A stretch of 49,050 nt of DNA. Origin: Candidatus Krumholzibacteriia bacterium. Its GTDB lineage: Bacteria; Krumholzibacteriota; Krumholzibacteriia; WVZY01; JAKEHA01. Numbering within the stretch: the first letter of the stretch is position 1; each line of letters begins with the position of its first letter. Shown piece by piece: positions 1-10,960 of this stretch. The notes below the pieces were generated by a model, which saw only the letters and a list, made by a program, of their open reading frames with translations, was not told where the DNA came from and searched no databases. A program made the translations under genes and the position numbers. The stretch is from assembly GCA_036376395.1 (NCBI GenBank), contig DASVAK010000057.1, forward strand, positions 1 through 49,050, written 5' to 3'.

Positions 1-73
1 CGCCCAGCGCGTGGCGCAGGGAATCGATCAGGGCCGTCGTGACGGGGTTGAAGGTGGTGTCGGTGGTTCGCAT
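1..73 (-). CDS. 5' end of an unidentified CDS running off the left edge (MRTTDTTFNPVTTALIDSLRHALG...)
   Basis: ATG at 73..71 on the minus strand stays open to position 1. Codons end almost exclusively in G/C, like the confirmed genes. No clear SD, and too short to identify. Confidence 0.3.
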   Translation of the reverse strand, partial: MRTTDTTFNPVTTALIDSLRHALG

Positions 74-135
74 CCCATGGGAGGGTAGCATCGAAGCAAA
101 GGAGCCCGCAAACGTCATCGGGCGGCAATGGCGTC

Positions 136-166
136 AAAAAAAGCGCGCCCGGGAGGCCGGGCGCGC
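136..166 (-). terminator. rho-independent terminator after NHL lipoprotein gene
   Basis: Perfect 10-bp stem GCGCGCCCGG/CCGGGCGCGC with GAGG loop (143..166). It is followed on the minus strand by T7 (plus-strand A7 at 136..142), 26 nt past the stop at 192. Confidence 0.75.
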
Positions 167-191
167 CAGGGGGGACAGCGTCTTCGCGCGA

Positions 192-1499
192 TCAGCGATC
201 GAAGATGCGGATCACGTTGTTGCCGGTATCGGCGATGTAGACCCGGCTGCCGGCGTCGACGGCGACTCCCGACGGCTCGGTGAGGTGCACGGTCTTCGCG
301 CTGGCGCCGTCTTCGAGCTGCACGGCTTCGGGCTGAAGCGCGGTGGGCTTGTCGCGGCGATGAACGCCCACCAGCGTCGAGATCATTCCGTCGGGTCGCA
401 CCATCCGGATCACGTTGTTGCCCGTGTCCGCGATGTAGAGCGTGCCGTCGCTGTCGATGGCGACGTCGCGCGGCTTGAGCAGCGTGGCGCTCGTGGCCGG
501 TCCGCCGTCGCCGCCGTAGCCGGACACGCCCACCATGTTGCCGGTGCCGTCGTCCACGGGCGCGGAGCCCGCGACGCGGGTGATGATGCCATCGGTGTCC
601 ACCTTGCGGATGGCGTGATTCATGGTATCGGCGATGTACATGTTGCCGAGATTGTCGAAGCAGATCTTCCCGCTCGGGTCGGCGATCTGTCCGCGCTCGA
701 ACGACAGCTTTGCCTGCGCGGCCGGTCCGCCGTCGCCGGTGAAACCGAAATGGATGATCCATTTCTGGTTGCTGGTGGCCGGGAAGGCGGGGTTGAGCGT
801 GGGTTGCGAGCCGGCGATCGTCTCCACGATGCCGGTCTCCATGTTCACGCGACGGATGATCATGTTGGCCTGGTCGGTGAAACACAGGCCTCCCTGGGGA
901 TCGAACGCGACCGAGGCGGGAAGATCCACGCACGCGCCGATCGCCTGCTGCGGGTCGTTCTGGTCGGGCCCGAAGCAGGGACGGAAGCCGGTCCCGATGA
1001 AGCGGTCCATCAACCCCGTCGTCATGTCGACCAGGAAGAGCTCGGAGTTGTGCCACGCGCACAGCACCATGTTGCCGTTGGCGTCGAAGCACACGTGGGT
1101 GGGGTGATTGAGCTTGGCCTGGGTCGCAACGACATCCATGCATTCGGCGGGCGGAAGCGGGCACGGGTCGCCGAAGTCATTGTCCGCGGCGCCCGCCACT
1201 ACCATGAAATTTCCGTCCGCGCCCTCGGCGATGACGCGATGGTTGTTCCAGTCGATCACCATCGGCTTGCCGTCTGGCATGAATGTGACGTCCTGGGGCC
1301 AGTACAGGCGCGTCTTTCGCGGCGCATGGCCCATGCTGCCGGCGCCACCCAGGCCGGTGCCGGCGTAGAGGTAGACGGGATCGTTCACTTCCTGTGGCGG
1401 CGTGGTCTCGTCGGAGCCGCAGCCGGCGACACCGGAGATCGCGATGACCGCGAAGGCCAGCAGGAAACCGTCGCGCGTGTTCACGGTGGGTCTAGTCAT
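192..1499 (-). CDS. NHL-repeat beta-propeller lipoprotein (paralog 1)
   Basis: 435-aa ORF with a signal peptide and lipobox (SGVAG|C). Repeated NHL-type blades: YIADTGNNVIRMV, YIADTMNHAIRKV, YIADTGNNVIRIF. The ATG overlaps the upstream gene's stop by 8 nt (ATGACTAG). Confidence 0.85.
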   Translation of the reverse strand: MTRPTVNTRDGFLLAFAVIAISGVAGCGSDETTPPQEVNDPVYLYAGTGLGGAGSMGHAPRKTRLYWPQDVTFMPDGKPMVIDWNNHRVIAEGADGNFMVVAGAADNDFGDPCPLPPAECMDVVATQAKLNHPTHVCFDANGNMVLCAWHNSELFLVDMTTGLMDRFIGTGFRPCFGPDQNDPQQAIGACVDLPASVAFDPQGGLCFTDQANMIIRRVNMETGIVETIAGSQPTLNPAFPATSNQKWIIHFGFTGDGGPAAQAKLSFERGQIADPSGKICFDNLGNMYIADTMNHAIRKVDTDGIITRVAGSAPVDDGTGNMVGVSGYGGDGGPATSATLLKPRDVAIDSDGTLYIADTGNNVIRMVRPDGMISTLVGVHRRDKPTALQPEAVQLEDGASAKTVHLTEPSGVAVDAGSRVYIADTGNNVIRIFDR

Positions 1500-2685
1500 G
1501 CATCAGCACCTTGCGAATCCGCTGGTTGTAGGTATCGGCGATGAACAGGTGGCCGTCCGCGTTGAATCCCACGCCGTAGGGCCACGCGAGCTCCGCCGAC
1601 GTGGCGGGCCCTCCGTCGCCCGAGAATCCCCTCGTGCCGTTGCCGGCCACGGTCGTGATCACGTTCGCGGTGAAATCGACGGCGCGGATGCGGTTGTTGT
1701 ACGTGTCCGCAATGTAGAGACGTCCGTCCGGGCCGAACGTGATGTCGAGCGGCGTGTCGAGTGATGCCTGCAGGGGATCACCGCCATCGCCCCCGAATCC
1801 CTGGACACCGTTGCCCACCACGGTGGTGATGACGTTCGCGCCGAAGTCCACGCGGCGAATGCGGTGATTGTTGGTATCGGCGATGTAGAGACGCTGCTCG
1901 CTGTCGAGTGCGAGCCCGCCGCCCGGCGGGTTCGGATTGGGCCCGGTCGGCATTGCGATCTCCGCGGCGGAAGGCGGTCCGTTGTCACCCGAGAATCCGC
2001 CGGGCGGGAACACCGTCGTGGTGGGGCACTTTGGTGTCGACACCACCGTGCTCAGCATGCCCGCCGGATCGATCTTGCGGATGCACTGGTTGCGCTGGTC
2101 GTTGATGTAGATGGAACCGTCGGCCGCCTCGACCGCGTGCGGCGCCTGGTTGAGCAGCGCGGTGGGCGACGTGATGCTGCCGCCGTCGCCGCTGCAGCCG
2201 GGCCCGCGCCCGACCAGGATGGTGATCTTGTTCGTGGCACGGTCCCACTCGCGCAGCTTGTGGTTGTGCCAGCACACCACGACGAGCTTGCCATTGCTGC
2301 GTTCGAACACCTGGGTGGGATGGTTGAGCTCGCACGCGGTGCCCGCGACGCCGGCCGGGTCGTCGGGGCCGTCGCCGTCGCTGTCGCGCCCGATCACGGT
2401 GCGAAACGTGCCGTCACTGGCGAGGCGGCGGATGCGGTGGTTGTTCCAGTCGGTGACGTACACGCCGAGCGTGGGTGTGAACTCGATGTCCTGCGGCCAG
2501 TAGAACTGCGTCTCGAGGCGTGAATGCCGGTCACCGTCGAAACCGGCCTCCCCGGTGCCGGCCCACGTGGTGATGTCGCCGGCGTGCAGCGTTTCTTCGG
2601 GTGGAGGGGGAGCGGTGCTGTCGTCCGAACAGGAAGAGACGGCCAGGAAGAACGCGATCAGCGCGAGTCGGGACGTGGATCTCAT
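1492..2685 (-). CDS. NHL-repeat beta-propeller lipoprotein (paralog 2)
   Basis: 397-aa ORF with lipobox LAVSS|C. NHL blades: YVTDWNNHRIRRL, YINDQRNQCIRKI, YIADTNNHRIRRV, YIADTYNNRIRAV, FIADTYNQRIRKV. It shares sequence blocks with the downstream paralog. Confidence 0.85.
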   Translation of the reverse strand: MRSTSRLALIAFFLAVSSCSDDSTAPPPPEETLHAGDITTWAGTGEAGFDGDRHSRLETQFYWPQDIEFTPTLGVYVTDWNNHRIRRLASDGTFRTVIGRDSDGDGPDDPAGVAGTACELNHPTQVFERSNGKLVVVCWHNHKLREWDRATNKITILVGRGPGCSGDGGSITSPTALLNQAPHAVEAADGSIYINDQRNQCIRKIDPAGMLSTVVSTPKCPTTTVFPPGGFSGDNGPPSAAEIAMPTGPNPNPPGGGLALDSEQRLYIADTNNHRIRRVDFGANVITTVVGNGVQGFGGDGGDPLQASLDTPLDITFGPDGRLYIADTYNNRIRAVDFTANVITTVAGNGTRGFSGDGGPATSAELAWPYGVGFNADGHLFIADTYNQRIRKVLMHD

Positions 2686-2709
2686 GCGGCCACCTTGTAC
2701 GAAGTGTAG

Positions 2710-2734
2710 CGCCCCGGCGCGAGGCGCCGGGGCG
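2710..2734 (-). terminator. GC hairpin between cupredoxin gene and NHL pair (possible terminator or attenuator, no U-tract)
   Basis: Perfect 11-bp stem CGCCCCGGCGC/GCGCCGGGGCG with a 3-nt loop, located in the 159-nt spacer. Confidence 0.35.
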
Positions 2735-2844
2735 GATCAATAGAAGTGTATCAACGCGCGGCGCGAGCCGTCAACGCGACGCGCCGCCCGTAATAGCGTA
2801 TGCGAAATTCCGGGATACCGCGGGCAATCCCGCCGCGCCACCGC

Positions 2845-4399
<1,555 letters not shown>

Positions 4400-4430
4400 A
4401 TCCCGACCACCCCTGGTTTGGAGGTGCGCG

Positions 4431-5198
4431 ATGACCCGAGTATTGTTGCTGTCCGTGTGCCTGTGCCTGTCGTTGGCCTGCGCGTCGGCCCATGCGCGTG
4501 AAGACGCGGTCAATCCGGCCGACGTCGCCCGCGTGGCGGGCCGTTTCTATCTCATCGAGACCAGCGGCACGTTCGGCAAGCCGGACTACCGGTTCATCTA
4601 CACCGACCAGGCCGGGCATCTCCACGTCGAGCGCGTGGACGACGGCGCCATGGTGACCGACTGGGAATCGCCCGCGCTCGGGTCGCGGGCGACGTCGCTC
4701 TTCGTCACGGACCTCTACGGTGACGGAAAGCAGAAGCTCGTGGTGAGCACGATCGGCGGACGCGTGCTGATCTACGACCTGGCCACCTACCAGCTCGAGT
4801 GGGAGAACCTGCAGCTGCGCTACACCCACATCGATTTCATGGCGCCCGCCAATCTCGACAATGACCAGCAGCAGGAAGTCGTGATCGTCGCCGACGACCG
4901 TCTTTTCATCTTCGACGGGTACAACCGCAACATCCAGTGGAGCAGCACCACGACGATGATCGCGAACTTCATCGTGATCGGCAACGTCGACGACGACCCG
5001 CAGCTCGAGATCGTGCTGAACAGCGGGAAGATCGTGGATGGACGCTTCTACAACATCCAGTTCCAGACCGACAAAGCGTTCGGTGACCGGATCGATCTGC
5101 TGGATGTGACGGGTGATGGATACGCCGACGTGGTCGGGGAGTTCAGCGACCGCTCGATCCGCGTGTTCGACGTGTGGCGCACGCGCGAAGTCTGGTAG
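4431..5198 (+). CDS. secreted FG-GAP/VCBS-like repeat protein
   Basis: Signal peptide (..ACASAHA). Four Ca-binding-type motifs spaced about 45 aa apart: DLYGDGKQKLVV, NLDNDQQQEVVIV, GNVDDDPQLEIVL, DVTGDGYADVVG. GGAGG SD present. Confidence 0.75.
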   Translation: MTRVLLLSVCLCLSLACASAHAREDAVNPADVARVAGRFYLIETSGTFGKPDYRFIYTDQAGHLHVERVDDGAMVTDWESPALGSRATSLFVTDLYGDGKQKLVVSTIGGRVLIYDLATYQLEWENLQLRYTHIDFMAPANLDNDQQQEVVIVADDRLFIFDGYNRNIQWSSTTTMIANFIVIGNVDDDPQLEIVLNSGKIVDGRFYNIQFQTDKAFGDRIDLLDVTGDGYADVVGEFSDRSIRVFDVWRTREVW

Positions 5199-5204
5199 CG
5201 GTCG

Positions 5205-5870
5205 TCAGTCGCGGCGCTGGAAATCGATCCGGACCTCGGTCCACATGCTCACCGGGATGCCGCCCTGGCGTCCCGGCTCGAAGCGGATGCGCCTCGCGGC
5301 GGCCAGGGCCGCCTCGGCGCACGCGGGCGGCACGCCCGATGGCACCAGTTGCGCGTCCCTGACTCCGCCCGCCTCCGTTACCCATATCCGCACCGTCACA
5401 CTCTGCCCGATGCACTGCTTGAGCTGTTTCGTCTCCGGCCACGTGATCTCGATGGGCCGGGGAGGGACGGGTGCCGGGGCCGTGGGCGCGGCGTCGCTGC
5501 GGGGTCCGGCGGCCTGGTCGAGCAGCTCGTCCAGGTCGAGGTCGGCGGGTGTTTCGGGGCGCGGTTCCTCGGGGCGAACGGTGGTGGTGTCCTCGCGCGC
5601 GGGCGGTGGCAGGGGAGGGGGCGGTGGTGGCGTGATGTCGATCGTGCCGGTCCGGTCGTTTTCCGGGTCGATGCGCCAGGCGATGATGGAGGGGGCCCGG
5701 GTGGTGTCGGTCGCGGCCGTAGTGGTGTCGGGAACCGGCTCGGGGTGGCGGAAGAAGACATCCATCGCCGTGCGACGCGCGCTCAGCATGACGAACACCA
5801 GCGCGAGCACGATGCCCGCGATGGCCACGACGCGGCGCGAGCGACTCACGACGACACCCCCGGCGTGCAT
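5205..5870 (-). CDS. TonB-family energy-transducer-like protein
   Basis: N-terminal TM helix (VVAIAGIVLALVFVML) and a Pro-rich linker (PPPPPPLPPP). The C-terminal segment VTVRIWVTEAGGV..AARRIRFEPGRQGGIPV..VRIDF is typical of the TonB C-terminal domain. Confidence 0.8.
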   Translation of the reverse strand: MHAGGVVVSRSRRVVAIAGIVLALVFVMLSARRTAMDVFFRHPEPVPDTTTAATDTTRAPSIIAWRIDPENDRTGTIDITPPPPPPLPPPAREDTTTVRPEEPRPETPADLDLDELLDQAAGPRSDAAPTAPAPVPPRPIEITWPETKQLKQCIGQSVTVRIWVTEAGGVRDAQLVPSGVPPACAEAALAAARRIRFEPGRQGGIPVSMWTEVRIDFQRRD

Positions 5871-5906
5871 GGCCGGATCGAACCGCGTGTGCTAGGGTGG
5901 CGAACC

Positions 5907-6494
5907 ATGGATGCTCGCTGGACGGTGCCGAACGTGCTCACGGTGGCGCGCATGATCCTTGCCGCCGTGGCCGCCTGGCTGGCGGTCGCATCGCAGGTGC
6001 AGTGGGTGGCGGTCGTGATCCTCATCGCCGCGGCGCTGCTCGATGCCTTCGACGGCTGGTACGCGCGCGCGTTCGCGCAGTCGAGCGGGCTCGGCAAGCA
6101 CCTCGACCCGTTCGCCGACAAGGTGCTCGTCACCGTCATCCTGGTCTGGATCGGCGTCGACACGGCGTCCATGGCGGCCTGGGTGTTGATCGGATTGCTG
6201 CTCGCGCGCGACGCCGCCATGACCGTGATCCGCGTGCACAGCGCGCGCATCCGCGGGCGACTCATCCCGGCGAGCATGCTGGGACGATGGAAGATGTTCG
6301 TGCAGTCAGCGGGGGGGCTTGTCATTCTGTCGGTCAGCCACATTCTGGACCGGCCCGTGCATTCCGGCTGGGTGATCGCTGTGCTGGCGGCGATGCTGGT
6401 GGTTTCGCTGGCTGCCATGGTGGGGTACATCAAAGCAAAGGGGCCTGCCGCCGACCACGAGCAGACCCACTTTGCGCTACGCTCACCTGGTTAG
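5907..6494 (+). CDS. CDP-alcohol phosphatidyltransferase (PgsA-like)
   Basis: DGWYAR-x8-G-x3-D-x3-D motif within DAFDGWYARAFAQSSGLGKHLDPFADKV. Multiple TM helices. The ATG at 5907 is in frame in the longer 5349 ORF, whose upstream part is antisense to the TonB-like gene. Confidence 0.85.
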   Translation: MDARWTVPNVLTVARMILAAVAAWLAVASQVQWVAVVILIAAALLDAFDGWYARAFAQSSGLGKHLDPFADKVLVTVILVWIGVDTASMAAWVLIGLLLARDAAMTVIRVHSARIRGRLIPASMLGRWKMFVQSAGGLVILSVSHILDRPVHSGWVIAVLAAMLVVSLAAMVGYIKAKGPAADHEQTHFALRSPG

Positions 6495-6532
6495 GCTGGT
6501 AGCACGGAAAAACGTAAGGCCGGGGTTGGAGA

Positions 6533-7000
6533 TTGTCAAGGCACCCCCCTGCGGCTATCTTCTTTGCAGTGATCACCCGCACATCGATTGGAACAGCCGC
6601 CCGGCGCCTGGTCGCCGGCACGGTGACGGTCTGTCTGCTCGGCGCCGGCTTTTCGCGCACGGGCGTGGTGGAATCACACGCGCAGGCAAACACGCGTGTG
6701 TATCCCGCGGTGGTTGCCGCTCCGGATCCGGCGCCGGCACCCGCACCGCGCGCCGGCAGCGAGCATTTTCTGCGCGACGCGATTCCCGCCGCGAGCTTTG
6801 CCGCCGCCGAACCCGATACCACCGATGACGACTTCGTCCTTCCGGAAGAAAAGAGCCGGTCGCAGCTCGTGAAGGAAATCGCGGTGTGGGTGCTGGCCGC
6901 CGCGTTCGTCGCGTTCTTCATCGTCAAGGTGTTCATCCAGGAGGACGACGAGCCCGCCGACGACGGCAACAACGGCAAGCCCATCCCGCTTCCGGAATAA
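6533..7000 (+). CDS. hypothetical protein with N-terminal signal-like segment, Ala/Pro-rich linker and C-terminal TM helix plus acidic tail
   Basis: G/C-ending codon usage throughout. C-terminal IAVWVLAAAFVAFFIVKVF helix. Start is uncertain (TTG 6533 or GTG 6569). No recognisable family. Confidence 0.55.
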   Translation: MSRHPPAAIFFAVITRTSIGTAARRLVAGTVTVCLLGAGFSRTGVVESHAQANTRVYPAVVAAPDPAPAPAPRAGSEHFLRDAIPAASFAAAEPDTTDDDFVLPEEKSRSQLVKEIAVWVLAAAFVAFFIVKVFIQEDDEPADDGNNGKPIPLPE

Positions 7001-9034
7001 TCAACGCCGCGCACTCGTTCCGGCCTCCACGGAGAAGCCGGTGTGCTGCACGGCGCTCTGTCCCGAATTCAGATCCATGACCTCCACCAGCAGCTCGTAG
7101 CGCCCCGGCTCGAGCGCGCCGATGTCGATCGCGATGTACTCGGATGCGCGGTGCTCCGTTGTCTTGCGGTTGAACGACTGCGAGATCACGGGGTCATCGT
7201 CCTGGAACCCGAGCGCGCCGGCGATGGCGTGCGCCCACTCCGACCACACCGGCGCATCCTCGTTCTTGCCGGGATAGATGCTGTACCGAACCTCGTATTC
7301 GCATTCGCCCTGCAGGACGCCGAGGCTGTAGACCTCGAGGTACGCCCGCAGCGGTTCGTCGGCGCGGAACCGGCGCTCGATGCGCGGCAGCATGCGCATG
7401 CCCCCGCGCTCGATGAGGCCGGCGGCCGCGGGATGGTCGTCGCCGGCGTCGTCGTAGAGCAGGACGTCGCTGAGCGCGAGCGCGTCGCCCGCGAAGCGGC
7501 GCGCGTCGGCGTCGCCGCGCGCGAGAGCGCGCATGCGCGCGTGCTCGTCCTGCATGCTCCAGGCCACGCGGTAGGCGCCGAACGGCGCGCTCACGCGCCG
7601 CACGAACTCCAGCGAGCGCCCGCTCGAGTCGATGCGCGGCGGAAGCTGCGACGTCCACAACGTGTCCGCATTGCCGCCCTCGCGGTTCCATCCCGTGTCG
7701 AACAACGCGCCGCGCAGCAGGTACATGTTGGTCGAGCCGGGCAGCGCGTGCGCCTCCACCGTATCCGCGTCGACGTGCATGGCGATGTAGAGCGACGCGT
7801 GAAGGTCGTCGTCGCGAAACGCGGTGACAGCGAGAATCCCGGGGACGTCGGCGGTCGGCGACCTGATCGACGTGAATTCCGGATCGTGCAGCAGGTTGTG
7901 GAGCGCGTAGTCGTCGTCGTACGGGATGCGCGGATCGCCGTTCAGGAACTCGTCGACGAACAGGAACTGGCGCAGCTCTCCGCCGCGTTCGTAGGTCCAC
8001 GTCTCGATGTGGCCGTCCTGGCCCCTGCCGATGCTGTGGTCGATGCTGAGCGGCCGGCCCAGCTTGATCAGCGTGCCGCCGCGGTCACAGGCCCATCCGC
8101 GCCGGCCGGTCCAGTCGTTGCTGAAGAGCATGTCGGAGACGAACACCCGGTAGATGTGTTCGAGCTCGCGCTCGTTCACGTCGGTGGTGGGATCGGGGTC
8201 CTCCTGCAGCCAGTATCCGCGGATGAAGGCGCTGCGCGCGTCGAGCCCGAGGTCCTGGTACTTGCCGAGCGCGTTCGCGGGGAGCACGGAACTCAGGTCG
8301 TCGTAGACCGCGCGCTCGTCGGGCGGGAGCAACGCGAGACCGCGTTCGAAATATCGCCCGCACAGGTCGTACTGGCCCGCGTCGAAGGCGAGCACGCCGC
8401 GATAGAGCTGCAGGCTGCCCTCCTTCGGGTACTGCGCCACCATCTGGTTCGCCTCGCGCGCGGACGTGTCGGCGAGCGCGTAGCACGCGTACAGATAGAG
8501 GCGCGCCGCCGCCGCGTTGGACGGGTCGCACTGCCACGCGGAACGCAGGTGGCGTCGCGCCGCGTCGAGGTCGTCGGTGTACTGGTTGAGTCGTTTCCAG
8601 TTGCGATAGTAGTAGAGACCGATGAGGTAGCGCGCGTCGCACCGTTTGGGGTCGGCGTCGAGCGCGTGGTCGAGGCACCCGATCGCGTCGGGAAAGAAGC
8701 GCTGTGCGAAATACGTCCGCCCCAGTTCGACCAGCACGTCGGGGTCGTCCGGAAATCGCAATCGCGCGCGCTCGAGCACCTGCTGCGATCGCAGCCGCGA
8801 GTCGATGGTGCCGAGGTCTCGCCACGTCCGTCCCAGCAGGATGTAGGCGCGCGGGTTGTCCTGGCTGTCGAGGTGCGAGTGCTCGAGAACGTCGATGGCC
8901 CCGGTGGTGTCGCCGCGCGCGAGCATCTCGGTCGCGCGCCGCACGGCGTCATCCCCGCTGCGGGTGCCGGCGGAGGTCGCGAGGGGAACGGCCCACGCGG
9001 CCGCGACCAGGAGGAGCAGGGGAAGGCGTTTCAC
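7001..9034 (-). CDS. secreted TPR-repeat plus GWxTD-domain protein
   Basis: 677 aa with a signal peptide (LLLLVAAAWAVPLATSAG) and TPR-like N-terminal third. GRRGWACDRGGTLIKLGRP matches the GWxTD signature with Cys in place of Thr. Confidence 0.8.
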   Translation of the reverse strand: MKRLPLLLLVAAAWAVPLATSAGTRSGDDAVRRATEMLARGDTTGAIDVLEHSHLDSQDNPRAYILLGRTWRDLGTIDSRLRSQQVLERARLRFPDDPDVLVELGRTYFAQRFFPDAIGCLDHALDADPKRCDARYLIGLYYYRNWKRLNQYTDDLDAARRHLRSAWQCDPSNAAAARLYLYACYALADTSAREANQMVAQYPKEGSLQLYRGVLAFDAGQYDLCGRYFERGLALLPPDERAVYDDLSSVLPANALGKYQDLGLDARSAFIRGYWLQEDPDPTTDVNERELEHIYRVFVSDMLFSNDWTGRRGWACDRGGTLIKLGRPLSIDHSIGRGQDGHIETWTYERGGELRQFLFVDEFLNGDPRIPYDDDYALHNLLHDPEFTSIRSPTADVPGILAVTAFRDDDLHASLYIAMHVDADTVEAHALPGSTNMYLLRGALFDTGWNREGGNADTLWTSQLPPRIDSSGRSLEFVRRVSAPFGAYRVAWSMQDEHARMRALARGDADARRFAGDALALSDVLLYDDAGDDHPAAAGLIERGGMRMLPRIERRFRADEPLRAYLEVYSLGVLQGECEYEVRYSIYPGKNEDAPVWSEWAHAIAGALGFQDDDPVISQSFNRKTTEHRASEYIAIDIGALEPGRYELLVEVMDLNSGQSAVQHTGFSVEAGTSARR

Positions 9035-9087
9035 CCGCCCAATATAGAATGCCGGGCGTGCGGCGAGAAGACGGCACTTGGCCGGAG

Positions 9088-9128
9088 AGCAAAGAAAAAC
9101 GGCGCGAAGAAAGGCTTCTTCGCGCCGT
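9088..9128 (-). terminator. rho-independent terminator after small secreted-protein gene
   Basis: Perfect 13-bp stem ACGGCGCGAAGAA/TTCTTCGCGCCGT with a 4-nt loop (9099..9128). On the minus strand it is followed by TTTTTCTTT. Confidence 0.75.
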
Positions 9129-9151
9129 CTCTGCCAGTTTCCCGTGGGGGC

Positions 9152-9520
9152 CTAGATGTTGACCGGCGATCCGACGGGATCTTCCTTGCCGCGGAACGAG
9201 ACCTTGAGCGACGCGGTGGGTTCGGTCGTGAGGATCTTGAACGCGAGCGAGCGGCCCCCGGTGACGGGGTTCGCGTCGGTCATGAACATCACGTGGTTGC
9301 CCGACGCGACGCCTACCCAGCCCTTGGGCGCGCGCACATCGTCGATGGCGGCGCCGGAGATGGTGACGGTGTAGACGTCTTCATCGGAGGAGACGGTCAC
9401 GGCGAGTGTCGTGATACCGTCGCTTTCCGCCTTGACGGCCTTGCTGGCCGACGGACCGGCCGCCCACGCGGGGGCGGCGGCGACGAAGAGTGCGAGGAGA
9501 AGAAGAATGGACCGTTTCAT
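9152..9520 (-). CDS. small secreted protein, unknown function
   Basis: 122 aa with a signal peptide (LLLLLALFVAAAPAWA). AAGGGAGG SD upstream and its own terminator downstream. The mature part looks beta-rich. Confidence 0.7.
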   Translation of the reverse strand: MKRSILLLLALFVAAAPAWAAGPSASKAVKAESDGITTLAVTVSSDEDVYTVTISGAAIDDVRAPKGWVGVASGNHVMFMTDANPVTGGRSLAFKILTTEPTASLKVSFRGKEDPVGSPVNI

Positions 9521-9802
9521 ACAGGATCGACCTCCCTTGATGTAAAGCGAAGCTGCGAAAACACGGTCGTAGGATCGATCTCATGCCCGCGCACAATACA
9601 AAACGGCCGGGGCGGTGCACCGTTCCCCCGGCGTCCCGATCGTGCGCGAACGTCTGTTTTAGTGCATCAAGTCTACCATGAACACCCGCCGTGTGTCGAG
9701 ATGGGTGGCGTCCTTACGCCATGTTCTCGAAGCGGGCTTTTGCTTGTGGCCCGGGCACAACCGCCCTATGATCGCGGCGCCCCGAGCCACAGGAGGAGCG
9801 AC

Positions 9803-10483
9803 ATGTCCGTGCGTTGGTTGGGTCTGGTTTGCGCCGTGCTGTGCCTTGCCACGGCGGCGTCCGCCGAGACCGTAAGACTCAAGGATGAATCCACGGTGCG
9901 CGGCCGCCTCGTGGAGGTCAGGGGCGACACGCTGGTGTTCCGCAGCACCTTCGGGACGCTGCGCTTCCATCGCGACCAGGTGGTCTCGATCGTGTTCGAC
10001 GATACGGCCGCCGCCGCGCTCGTGCCGCCCGCCACGGCTGCGACGCCGCCGCAAACGCCGGCGGGGAAGAGCCGCATCGAGGTGGTCTTCAAGGACCGTG
10101 ACCTCTCCAGCAAGATCGAGATCAAGCTCAAGAAGGACTGGGACGCGCTGATCGCGGCCAACCACATCGTCACCGAGCTCTACGTGGATGGGGCGGTCGC
10201 GTACAGCGTCGTCGACACCACGATGGACAAGCGCATCTACCAGGGGCACACGACGATCATGAAGAACGACGTCGACCTGACGGATTTCGGCGTCGACGTA
10301 CCGACCGGCCTGCACAACGCCCGCCTCGTGGTCCGCAACGCGGGCGGAATCGAGCGCCGTGAATCCTTCGACCACGAGCCGCTCGACAAGGTGCTGTCGA
10401 TCGACAACATCGAGCTCAGGCCGGGCGAGACCTACCGGATCTACGTCGAGATATCGCGCGGGCGATTGAAAGTCGTGGACTAG
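9803..10483 (+). CDS. secreted protein, unknown function
   Basis: ATG 9803 lies 6 nt after AGGAGG, and there is a signal peptide (LGLVCAVLCLATAASA). Only this last part of the 1146-aa ORF 7043..10483 is plausible coding sequence. Confidence 0.75.
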   Translation: MSVRWLGLVCAVLCLATAASAETVRLKDESTVRGRLVEVRGDTLVFRSTFGTLRFHRDQVVSIVFDDTAAAALVPPATAATPPQTPAGKSRIEVVFKDRDLSSKIEIKLKKDWDALIAANHIVTELYVDGAVAYSVVDTTMDKRIYQGHTTIMKNDVDLTDFGVDVPTGLHNARLVVRNAGGIERRESFDHEPLDKVLSIDNIELRPGETYRIYVEISRGRLKVVD

Positions 10484-10489
10484 CCGCCG

Positions 10490-10960
10490 TCAGCCGACGC
10501 GCGGCGCCTGGGGAAACGATCCCGCGAGCGGGGTCAGGCGCACGCTGCGGGTGGCGTCGTGCACCACGAACACCTTCTCGTTGTTGCTCTCGGGATCGCC
10601 GGGGAAGAGGAAGAAGCCGAGCCCGTGCGAGCTGTACGTCAGCGTGTAGCCGAAGAGCACCTCGCCGTCCTTGAACTCCACCATCACCTTCTTGCCGTGG
10701 TTGGACCGCGCAAAGAACCCCTTCTTGTCGGTGTAGGCGGGATTGCCGTCGAAATCGCGGACGAAGAAGAGCGCCTTCAGCCGCCTGACGTCCACTTCGA
10801 ACGTGGCGCCGTTTTCGGTCAGCCGGAACATGTGCTTCACCGGTGAAAAATCGATGGTGGTGCCGCGCAGCGAAAGCCCGTCGGCGAAACGGGCCACCAC
10901 GCGATTCTCGGGTCGGGTCATCATGGCAACCCGGGAACGTGCAATCGACATACCATGCAC
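10490..10960 (-). CDS. conserved hypothetical cytoplasmic protein
   Basis: 156-aa ORF with genome-typical codon usage. Blocks such as LKALFFVRDFDGNP and GFFLFPGDPESNNEKVFV resemble, from memory, a domain sometimes fused to PilZ proteins (unverified). Start is ambiguous (GTG 10960, ATG 10951, or the later Met-Met). Confidence 0.65.
   Translation of the reverse strand: MHGMSIARSRVAMMTRPENRVVARFADGLSLRGTTIDFSPVKHMFRLTENGATFEVDVRRLKALFFVRDFDGNPAYTDKKGFFARSNHGKKVMVEFKDGEVLFGYTLTYSSHGLGFFLFPGDPESNNEKVFVVHDATRSVRLTPLAGSFPQAPRVG

Noticed and set aside
39-1544. 501-aa plus-strand ORF, and similar long ORFs at 31558..33279, 33224..34735, 34612..36291, 18875..20263, 17458..18609 and 27632..28606
   Set aside because: All are antisense or out of frame relative to genes with clear family signatures (NHL, purH, guaA, slt, ntrC-type, kinase, GGDEF). 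They encode Arg/Gly/Ala/His-rich sequence with no motifs.
7043-10483. 1146-aa plus-strand ORF
   Set aside because: Most of it is the antisense frame of the GWxTD gene and the small secreted-protein gene. Its product is Arg/Ala/Gly/Val-rich low-complexity sequence, typical of high-GC antisense frames. Only the last 226 codons, from ATG 9803 with an AGGAGG SD and a signal peptide, look like a gene.
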